From Rhodothermales bacterium (GTDB lineage Bacteria > Bacteroidota > Rhodothermia > Rhodothermales > VXPQ01), in NCBI GenBank assembly GCA_040904565.1, contig JBBDTI010000063.1:1-19068 (forward strand): a stretch of DNA of 19,068 nucleotides, given 5' to 3'. The notes under the pieces were generated by a model. It did not search any database and had not been told where the DNA came from. It saw nothing but the letters and a program-made list of their open reading frames with translations. The translations under genes were made by a program, and so were the position numbers. Of the stretch, positions 8,301 through 14,783 are shown piece by piece; position 1 is the stretch's first letter, and every line of letters begins with the position of its first letter.

Positions 8301-8793
8301 CGCGCACCTCGACGTGGGGGCCCTCGAAGAGATCGTCTGGAATCTGGTCGACAACGCCATCAAGTTCACCCGTGAGGGCAGCGTGGAGGTGACGACGGGC
8401 ACCGACGGTGATCGCGCTTTCATCCGCGTGATCGACACAGGCGTGGGCATCGGCGAGGACTTCCGCGAGCGGATGTACGATGCCTTCGCGCAGGAAAGCG
8501 ACGGGTTCGACCGTGCTTTCGAGGGGGTCGGACTGGGTCTTACCATCACCCGTCGTCTGGTGGAGCACATGGGCGGCGAGATAGAGGTGGAGACCGCCGT
8601 GGGTGAAGGCTCGACCTTCACGGTGTACTTCCCGGTGACTGCTTCTGTGGCTGCCAATGGAACGGACCCTTTGACGGCCGCTGCAGCTGCCCCTCAGACG
8701 GACGCTGCCGCTGCATCTGACCCTGCGACTGCCGCTGCTAATGACCCTGCGACTGCCCCGGAGAAGGAGTCGCCGAATAAGCCGGTGAAGTAG
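5329..8793 (+). CDS. Sensor histidine kinase with Reg_prop beta-propeller repeats, Y_Y_Y domain, TM helix, coiled coil, HisKA and HATPase_c
   Basis: Repeated DGL..N.V..L..D..G.LWIGT..GL units; YRLEGYD..W...YTNL.PG.YTFRV.A.N.DG; SHEFRTPL H-box; NLVDNAIKFT, DTGVGI, GVGLGL, GEGSTF boxes; no receiver or AraC domain. Confidence 0.95.
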   Translation: MNDLRPNKRPSLRRLTAAMTSVVLVLACLAVPARGQASVDVTSLDPSLGMTQYVHDTWTVEDGLPQNAVLTMKEASDGYLWIATQAGLVRFDGLRFEVYDRQDGLGNNEVRSLALGKDGDLWIGTHGGGLTHMAEHGTTTYTAEDGLQSNLVRALHRSRDGTLWIGTIEGGLARFDGQRFEQFDANDGLAGNVVLAIEETDDGKLWIGTEAGLTIYDGRTFSTVQDERIMDRLVWAIEPAVGGGYWVGLSGGLALLRDGRVTAYYAEEDGLCGNVVDALLVDRRGTLWIGTLGGGLCRLVGETFETMREEDGLASNRVRSLLEDREGNVWIGTEAGLTRLRQGKFIHTTAREGLAGDMVMTVLEDEDGALWVGTKSHGLTRIRGAEMRQVSTANGLPSNYVSALDAGKSGLWIGMYGGGACRLDVARLQCVDRADGLPSSNVYAVLEDDDGRVWIGTDAGLRILEDGQLTVPENEALASEQISVIHLAENGDIWIAAHGVYVVRGETVRRLDDEQGLTDVIVTVLFEDVDGTMWAGTYGAGLCRVRDDDVRCLTTEQGLLSDQMLQVIVDDRRMLWMGTQQGLARISLSDLSDVLEGRKATLGVEQFGRADGAEFTEVNGGTQPSSWKLRDGRLAFATNYGLAMVDPSTIRTNPVAPAVHVEAIDANGGPVSDIQDVRLAAGTKDMHIRYTGISFTAPEEVRFKYRLEGYDADWVDAGSRREAYYTNLAPGDYTFRVIAANNDGVWNEEGDSVTFYLEPYFYETWWFALLCGLLAVALTAAGYRLRIRHLRERERELEQQVDERTRDLRIEKERTEEAKVVIEGQADQLRDLNSDLEEQAEKLRDLNENLQTKVQEQFDLLVKERERYESDLIDAKERAEASDRLKTAILNNLSHEFRTPLTAILGFTEIIAMEAPDDLQEFTGEIDRGGKRLLRTLDALLEFSRLEANESGMSPTSVDLTTTAFSVVRDLKKVAEKKDLPLHFKASSPIRAHLDVGALEEIVWNLVDNAIKFTREGSVEVTTGTDGDRAFIRVIDTGVGIGEDFRERMYDAFAQESDGFDRAFEGVGLGLTITRRLVEHMGGEIEVETAVGEGSTFTVYFPVTASVAANGTDPLTAAAAAPQTDAAAASDPATAAANDPATAPEKESPNKPVK
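8705..8757 (+). repeat. 24-bp tandem repeat encoding the Ala/Pro-rich kinase tail (AAASDPAT/AAANDPAT)
   Basis: ctgccgctgcatctgaccctgcga / ctgccgctgctaatgaccctgcga. Confidence 0.85.
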
Positions 8794-8862
8794 CCGCCGT
8801 AGGCGGTCCGGCCGGCCTCGGCGTACCGCACATCTGTGCACGCCGTACCGTCCGATATTATG

Positions 8863-8909
8863 CTCCCTTTAACGAATAACTCAGTCTGGTGAGTAATTGG
8901 ATAAGGGAG
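8863..8909. repeat. Degenerate palindrome (copy 2 of the 3394-3437 element)
   Basis: ctccctttaacgaataactcagtctggtgagtaattggataagggag; exact cgaataactcagtc and gataaggg shared with copy 1. Confidence 0.85.
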
Positions 8910-8923
8910 TCTGAGTAGACCTC

Positions 8924-8959
8924 CAAATGTGGTTGAGTATTCAAATGTGGTTGAGTATT
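8924..8959. repeat. Perfect 18-bp tandem duplication
   Basis: caaatgtggttgagtatt x2. Confidence 0.95.
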
Positions 8960-8982
8960 TCGCGAAGAGGGTCGCGACATTC

Positions 8983-10161
8983 TCACGAACCAGGATCGAT
9001 CGGGGCGACGAAGAGGCGGAGCCAGGCCGCAAAAAACGGGTCTTCCAACCGGTAGCGCGTACGCCCCTCGTACTCCTCCCGGCGGGCGAGTCCGGTGGAG
9101 ACGAACGCCTGGAGCGCCGTGGCCATCGTGCTTTGTGGAAGATCGTAGCGGTCCAGTACGTCACGGGAAAAGAGCCCCGTTCCGTTCTCGCGGACGATGG
9201 CCAGGAGCGCATTTTTTTGCGTGGATGTAAGTCGGTTCCACATTTGCGAATAGAACGGATCGTCCCGGCGTACCAGACCATCGAGAGCGGATCGCACGTC
9301 GTGCGGTTCGAGTGCGGGTGGGCAATCTCTGTTTCGAAGCGTGTTCCAGCATGCGTAGGCCAGGCGCTGTACGTTATAGGGGACGTCCTCCGCGAGATCC
9401 AGGAGCGTAAGCACAGCCTCATCGCGCACGCTAAAGCCGGAGTCTTCGAAGCTCTGCTTGAGAAACGGGACAAAGTCTTCTCGCGGGATGGGTCCGAGGA
9501 AGAGGCGCTGCCCGAGTCGATAGAGTGGACGTGCCGCGTCGCTGGTCATCTCAGCAAGCATCGCCGTCTTGGACCCGGCAAACACGTAGGCTATGTGGTC
9601 GTGCCGTTGAATGGCGGCCCGAATCTGTCGCTCCGTCGCGAGTCCGTCACCTTGCTCGATCACGTGCTGAAATTCGTCGATGACGACGGCTACGGATCCG
9701 GAGTACGTAGAGGCCATCCTGTCGAGACCATCCAGCACGCTCGTCAGTAGCGCGGGATCGGAGAGCGACTTCTCGGCCGTGATGCTTGCCGAGAATGAAT
9801 TGGTGATAGGATGGAAGCTGATCGTCGGGCGAAGCGACGTAAAAAAATCCCGCAGGCTCTTTCCTGCACGCTCTATGGATCCCGTCAGTCGCTGGGCGGC
9901 CTCCGAGAGTATGCCTTCCGCAAGCAGGCGCGTACTCGGATATGCTTCGGCATCGTGTCGGAGCACGACGATTCCGTCCCGCTCGGCTCGTTCGGCCGCC
10001 GCTCGAAGCAACGAGGTCTTCCCGAACCGGCGCGGTCCGATGAGAAAGAGGCGTCCCCGTTCGCGAAAGACGCGTTGTACCACATCCAGCTCTTCCTGTC
10101 GGTCGACGAGCTCGCTCCCCGATAGTTCGCGGCCGAATTCGAAAGGGTTCTCTACAGACAT
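8983..10161 (-). CDS. Stand-alone P-loop ATPase (ATPase_2 / 'archaeal ATPase' type) with probable C-terminal winged helix
   Basis: NPFEFG...LVDRQEEL; Walker A GPRRFGKT; Walker B VVIDEFQ; FAGS; C-terminal YRLEDPFFAAWL. Confidence 0.9.
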   Translation of the reverse strand: MSVENPFEFGRELSGSELVDRQEELDVVQRVFRERGRLFLIGPRRFGKTSLLRAAAERAERDGIVVLRHDAEAYPSTRLLAEGILSEAAQRLTGSIERAGKSLRDFFTSLRPTISFHPITNSFSASITAEKSLSDPALLTSVLDGLDRMASTYSGSVAVVIDEFQHVIEQGDGLATERQIRAAIQRHDHIAYVFAGSKTAMLAEMTSDAARPLYRLGQRLFLGPIPREDFVPFLKQSFEDSGFSVRDEAVLTLLDLAEDVPYNVQRLAYACWNTLRNRDCPPALEPHDVRSALDGLVRRDDPFYSQMWNRLTSTQKNALLAIVRENGTGLFSRDVLDRYDLPQSTMATALQAFVSTGLARREEYEGRTRYRLEDPFFAAWLRLFVAPIDPGS

Positions 10162-10178
10162 GACGTTGATGCCTCTGG

Positions 10179-10265
10179 TTAGCCGACGATTGCTTAGCCG
10201 ACGCTGTCAACGCAGTATACTGCGTAAATATACGTTTCGTAAATATGCGTTGCGCAAATATACGT
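10179..10265. promoter_or_regulatory. 15-bp-periodic repeats and 16-bp palindrome upstream of the ATPase (putative promoter/operator)
   Basis: ttagccgacg at 10179 and 10194; palindrome acgcagtatactgcgt 10210-10225 with TATACT on both strands; tgcgtaaatatacgt-like unit x3 at 10221-10265. Confidence 0.6.
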
Positions 10266-10455
10266 AATTCCCGCAGCGAGATGCAACGCGGCAGATCCTT
10301 CCGGAGAGGCGGAACGAATGAGGCTCGTCAGCCGATTGATTCGACCGGTACGGCCCCATTTAAGCCGCCGAGGCCGCGTGGCTTCGTTATTGTAGCTAGA
10401 GTTCGTACGGCGCTGGTCGCCCGACGTGTGAACTCAAGACATCCACAAGACCGTT

Positions 10456-11472
10456 ATGTACAACTTCGCTATTACCGGCGTGGCCGGTTACATCGCGCCG
10501 CGCCACCTGCGGGCCATCAAGGATACCGGCAATCATCTCCTGGCCGCCTGCGATCCGCACGATTCGGTCGGCATCCTGGATTCGTTTTACCCCGATGCGG
10601 CGTTCTTTACGGAGATCGAACGGTTCGACCGGCACCTGGAAAAGCAGCGGCGGCGGGATCCGTCTAAGCGGCTTGACTTCATGACGATCTGCTCGCCGAA
10701 CCACCTGCACGACGCGCACGTGCGTCTGGCTCTCCGGCTTGATGCGAGCGCGATCTGTGAGAAGCCGTTGGTACTGAAGCCGTCCAATCTGGACTACCTC
10801 CAGCAGCTCGAGCGCGAACATCCCGGTACGGTGAACACCGTGCTGCAGCTGCGCGTGCATCCGAAGCTGCTCGAGCTCCGCAAGAAACTCCGGGCCGAGG
10901 CGGGCGGGCTGCACAGCAACGGTCACAGCAACGGTCACAGTGAAGGTCACAGCAACGGTCACGCCAAACGCCACAGCATTCGCCTCACCTACATCACCTC
11001 GCGGGGAACGTGGTACAAGTACTCGTGGAAGGGGGATGAGGAGAAGTCGGGCGGCGTGGTGACCAACATCGGCATCCACTTCTTCGACATGTTGATGTGG
11101 CTCTTCGGGCCCGTCGTGCAGAACCGCGTCCACGTGCGGGAGGCCGAGCGGGTCGGGGGGACCATGGAGCTCGGAAACGCGGACGTGCAGTGGTTCCTGT
11201 CGATCGACGAAAACGATCTGCCCGCGGAGGCTGCCGGCAGGCGCACCTACCGCTCGATCACGGTCGACGACGAGGAGATCGAGTTTTCGGGCGGATTCAC
11301 CGATCTGCACACGCGCGTCTACGAGGAAACGCTGGCCGGCCGTGGCTTCAGCATCGCGGATGCGCGTCCGGCCATCGAGCTGGTGCACTCCATCCGGCAG
11401 GACCGTCTAACGGCGCCGACGGCCGACGCCCACCCGCTCGTCCGGCCCGGCATGGTGGCCCTGGCGGCGTAG
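10456..11472 (+). CDS. wbpB: Gfo/Idh/MocA oxidoreductase, WbpB/WlbA-like UDP-GlcNAcA 3-dehydrogenase (copy 1)
   Basis: G.AGYIAPRH..AIKDTGN, ICSPN.LH, CEKPLV, LTYITSRG.WY..SWKGD..KS.GV.TNIG.HF.DML, EFS.GFTDLHT..YEE.LAGRG; matches WbpB as I recall it. Confidence 0.88.
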   Translation: MYNFAITGVAGYIAPRHLRAIKDTGNHLLAACDPHDSVGILDSFYPDAAFFTEIERFDRHLEKQRRRDPSKRLDFMTICSPNHLHDAHVRLALRLDASAICEKPLVLKPSNLDYLQQLEREHPGTVNTVLQLRVHPKLLELRKKLRAEAGGLHSNGHSNGHSEGHSNGHAKRHSIRLTYITSRGTWYKYSWKGDEEKSGGVVTNIGIHFFDMLMWLFGPVVQNRVHVREAERVGGTMELGNADVQWFLSIDENDLPAEAAGRRTYRSITVDDEEIEFSGGFTDLHTRVYEETLAGRGFSIADARPAIELVHSIRQDRLTAPTADAHPLVRPGMVALAA

Positions 11473-11679
11473 GACGGAGCAGGCGGCGGGCTCGCCGGCA
11501 GGCAGCATCTCGAACAGAAGTGACGAAAGCGGCCGCGGCGGTGTCTGCGGCAGGTGCCCGTTGATCGCGACCCCCGGAAGTGCGACCTTGGTCGTGTCAT
11601 GACGGTCTGTTGTGTCTGACTGTCTGTGTCTGACTCTACATCTGCCCGGATCTCCCCGTCCAACAACACGACCCGCGCC

Positions 11680-12903
11680 ATGCCTAGCCCATTAGAAGCC
11701 GGCCTCACCACCCGCCTGATTTCGTGCTTCACCACCCGCCTCACGACCCGCTTCACCACCCGACTCATCGCATGCTTCACCGCGGCACTGCTTCTGCTCG
11801 CACCCGCGGCCGCCCAGCACGCACATCCCCACACGCACGTGGGCGACCGCACGGTCGATTTTCCGGACGTGCCTGGATATCACACGCTCGCGTGCGACTT
11901 CCACGTCCACACCGTGTTCTCCGACGGGAGCGTCTGGCCCGACATCCGGGTCGAGGAGGCGCACCGGGACGGCCTCGACTGCCTCGCGGTGACAGACCAT
12001 CTCGAGTATCAGCCGCACGCGGACGACATCCCGCACCCGGACCGGAATCGGTCGTACGATCTGGCCGCCGGCTATGCGGAGGACAGCGATCTGATCGTGA
12101 TCCGTGGCGCGGAGGTCACGCGGTCCATGCCGCCGGGCCATTCGAACGCCATCTTCATCGACGACGCCAATCCGCTTCTGGTGGAGGACGCGCTGGACGC
12201 CTTTCAGGAGGCGGGCCGTCAGGATGCCTTCGTTTTCTGGAACCATCCCGCCTGGGTCGCGCAGCGGCCGGACGGCATCGCGAGTCTGACGGATCTGCAC
12301 CGCCGCCTCCTCGACGACGGGCTGCTGCACGGCATCGAGGTCGTCAACGACGACACCTATTCCGACGAGGCGCTGCAGATTGCGCTCGATCACGACCTGA
12401 CGATCCTCGGTACGTCGGACATCCACGGGCTCGTCGACTGGCAGTTCGAGGTTCCGGAAGGCGGGCACCGGCCCGTCACGCTCGTCTTCGCGGAGGATCG
12501 ATCGGAGGCCGGCATCCGGGAGGCGCTGGAGTCGATGCGGACCGCGGTATGGTACAGGGATCTGCTGATCGGACGGGAGGAGCATCTCGTTCCGCTCATC
12601 GCCTCGTCGGTCGCCGTCGATACGGCGGAGTACGGTGAGGACGCCTCCGTGCTCTGGGTGACGCTCGAGAACAGCTCCGACGCCCCGTTTACGCTCCGCA
12701 ATCTGACGGGCCTCACGTTTCACGACGCCGCCGACATCGTGACCGTCGCGCCGCGGACCACGACGACCTTTCGGGTGAAGCCGGGAGAGCGCCTCCCGCG
12801 GATCGACCTCGCCTTCGAAGTGCTCAACGCCGTGACCGCGCCGAACACACATCCTCAGATCACCTTCGAGGTGGCGGCGGACACGACGCGTCAGGAGGAG
12901 TGA
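11680..12903 (+). CDS. Secreted PHP-domain phosphoesterase (Sb-PDE-like) with C-terminal beta-rich domain
   Basis: CDFHVHTVFSDG, TDH, GAEVTR, PGHSNA, WNHP, GIEVVN, SDIH metal-ligand motifs; signal peptide ALLLLAPAAA-Q; ATG 11680 preferred over GTG 11626. Confidence 0.88.
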   Translation: MPSPLEAGLTTRLISCFTTRLTTRFTTRLIACFTAALLLLAPAAAQHAHPHTHVGDRTVDFPDVPGYHTLACDFHVHTVFSDGSVWPDIRVEEAHRDGLDCLAVTDHLEYQPHADDIPHPDRNRSYDLAAGYAEDSDLIVIRGAEVTRSMPPGHSNAIFIDDANPLLVEDALDAFQEAGRQDAFVFWNHPAWVAQRPDGIASLTDLHRRLLDDGLLHGIEVVNDDTYSDEALQIALDHDLTILGTSDIHGLVDWQFEVPEGGHRPVTLVFAEDRSEAGIREALESMRTAVWYRDLLIGREEHLVPLIASSVAVDTAEYGEDASVLWVTLENSSDAPFTLRNLTGLTFHDAADIVTVAPRTTTTFRVKPGERLPRIDLAFEVLNAVTAPNTHPQITFEVAADTTRQEE

Positions 12904-12946
12904 TCCGGCGGGTGAGAGTTTTATAGAAGATGGATCAAATTCCCGG

Positions 12947-12973
12947 TTGACGTCGTCTTACCATCATCTTACC
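12947..12973 (+). promoter_or_regulatory. Putative promoter/operator of the abrB-vapC operon
   Basis: TTGACG followed by direct repeat tcttacc-atca-tcttacc; GAGGAG RBS at 13021-13026; no clear -10. Confidence 0.4.
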
Positions 12974-13029
12974 TGGATTCATCTCATTCGGTGGACATCT
13001 ACTGTTAGGACATCCACTACGAGGAGCCC

Positions 13030-13431
13030 ATGATGGAGACCACGACGCTATCGAGCAAGGGACAGGTCGTCATCCCTAAGGATGTCCGCGTTCGGCATCA
13101 GTGGGTGCCGGGCCAGGAATTCGACGTGATCGAAACCCGAGAGGGCGTGCTCTTGCGCCCGCGGACGGGCGTCCCGCGGACGAGGATCGAGGACGTAGGC
13201 GCTGCGCTAATGTACGGGGGGCCGCGGGTATCGGAGGACCGCCTTCGGATTGGCGATATCCCATACACGGAACCGTACACGGCGACAGGAGCTGCGGTGG
13301 ACGCGGCGGGAGGAGATGAGGTGGACGCGACGGGAGGAGATGAGGCGGACGCAGCGGCAGGAGCTGAGGTGGACGAGGCGGCAGGAGCTGAAGAAGAGTC
13401 CACCGAGGACGATACGGATGCGTGCGATTGA
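13030..13431 (+). CDS. AbrB/MazE/SpoVT-family antitoxin with repeat-expanded acidic tail
   Basis: TTLSSKGQVVIPKDVR....W.PG.EF.V.....GVLLRP; overlaps downstream PIN gene by 14 bp. Confidence 0.9.
   Translation: MMETTTLSSKGQVVIPKDVRVRHQWVPGQEFDVIETREGVLLRPRTGVPRTRIEDVGAALMYGGPRVSEDRLRIGDIPYTEPYTATGAAVDAAGGDEVDATGGDEADAAAGAEVDEAAGAEEESTEDDTDACD
13288..13393 (+). repeat. 24-bp tandem repeat (4+ copies) inside the antitoxin gene
   Basis: ggagctgcggtggacgcggcggga / ggagatgaggtggacgcgacggga / ggagatgaggcggacgcagcggca / ggagctgaggtggacgaggcggca. Confidence 0.9.
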
Positions 13432-13810
13432 CACGAATCTACTCGTGCGGCTTATCGCCCGGGACGACGCGGAGCAGCTCGCGGCGGCCCGGCGCGTAAT
13501 GGAGGCGGGTCCGTGCTTCATACCTGATACCGTTTTTCTCGAAACGGCCTGGGTGCTTCGAAGCCGGTACGGGGCCTCGCGCGAGCAGATTTATGCGGAG
13601 CTGATCACCGTCCTCGGTCTCCCGAACACGCGAGTAGCGGATCCGGATCGCATCCGGGACGCCCTGGAATGGTTCGAAGAGGGGCTCGACGTCGGCGATG
13701 CGTTCCATCTGGCGGCCTCGCAGCACGCCGACGCGTTCGTGACGTTCGATCGTGAGATGATCGCGCGGTCGGAAGGGATGGGGCGCTGCCCGGTCGAGCA
13801 GCTGAAATGA
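13418..13810 (+). CDS. vapC: VapC family PIN-domain toxin (130 aa)
   Basis: MRAIDTNLLVR, LETAWVL, DVGDAFHLA, TFDR: conserved acidic PIN residues present. Confidence 0.9.
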   Translation: MRAIDTNLLVRLIARDDAEQLAAARRVMEAGPCFIPDTVFLETAWVLRSRYGASREQIYAELITVLGLPNTRVADPDRIRDALEWFEEGLDVGDAFHLAASQHADAFVTFDREMIARSEGMGRCPVEQLK

Positions 13811-14053
13811 GCCGCTGCCCGGTCGAAGGACTGAAACGTGCCGCTAGCGTTCCGCCCGGCAACATGTCTCGGATCCAACATGTTACTGTGATAGGTTACT
13901 ATGAGGTGACATTGGTGCGTGGCGATGCGAACGTCAGCATGAAATGAATGGTGCGAAGGGAACGGAGGGGATCTTCGGAAAGCTCGTAAGCTACGCCGTC
14001 TGGAAGGTGCAGGTACCTGGGTATCTAGGAGAAGAATAGACGCTTGATTCATC

Positions 14054-14293
14054 ATGCACGAGCATGTGTCCGACATGCAAGAGCAGGCATCAGCGGAGCT
14101 TCAGCGCTGGGCCGATAGCTGGGTTGTAGCAGGTGAACGGCTGGAGCGAATGCGAAAGGAGCGCCTCCGCAATTTGACCAGCGTAGAGGCTCGACGGGTC
14201 ATCGCCCAAATCTTTTCGGAACCTACGCCCGTACCGACGCCGCGTGAATCGGGACTTGTTGAACAGCAGCGACGTTTTCGGGCACTGAAGTGA
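14054..14293 (+). CDS. Small hypothetical protein, probable partner of the downstream nucleotidyltransferase
   Basis: W...W..AG..LE..R...LR ... SGLVEQQR.F pattern, which I recall from small genes preceding nucleotidyltransferases; abuts the next ORF. Confidence 0.65.
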   Translation: MHEHVSDMQEQASAELQRWADSWVVAGERLERMRKERLRNLTSVEARRVIAQIFSEPTPVPTPRESGLVEQQRRFRALK

Positions 14294-14479
14294 ATGATTC
14301 GCACGTGCATTGCTGAAGATCTCATCGTGATGAAAGCATTCGCCAATCGCGATCGGGACTGGGCCGACCTGGCCGGAATCATTGCGCGCCAGGGCGAGGC
14401 AATTGACTGGAATCTGGTTAGCGATGAGCTTGGGGAGTTGCTGGAAGTAGGAGGGGACGAAGGGAATGAACCTGCCTAA
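14290..14479 (+). pseudogene. C-terminal remnant of a nucleotidyltransferase (AbiEii/DUF6036-like)
   Basis: TCIAEDLIVMKAFANRDRDWADLAGII.RQG..IDW resembles the C-terminal EDL...K...R.(K/R)D..D motif; N-terminal GG/RxTxDxD catalytic region is absent. Confidence 0.7.
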
Positions 14480-14783
14480 CGAAGCGGTATGGAGGTACCC
14501 AACAAAGGAGAGGAGCCGCCCATAGAATCTGATTACGGCACCACATCCAGACTCGTTTCCACGCGATTTCCAGGAATGAGAAGGCGACCCCCCAAATTTG
14601 GCGAAAAAACGCGTTTCCACGCGGGTGGAAAGACGGCGGCGATACACGGACAAGGGATGTGATCCGGTTAACGCTGCTACGCGAGGGACCGACGCGCGAA
14701 GACGGACGCGGAAAGTGCGGCTTCGTAAAACGATCGGCCTGGAGTGAATGTCGGCCGGGCAGATAAAATGCCAGGCGCCGTCC

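Noticed and set aside
13250-13417. N-terminal extension of VapC (RWTRREEM repeats) in the ORF track
   Set aside because: Alternative frame of the antitoxin's 24-bp repeat; the PIN domain starts at ATG 13418
14550-14635. cgtttccacgcg direct repeat and small tttccac/gtggaaa hairpin
   Set aside because: Too short to assign a function from sequence alone
14474-14675. attC site beginning gcctaac at the fragment's stop
   Set aside because: No matching GTTRRRY end or complementary arms found downstream
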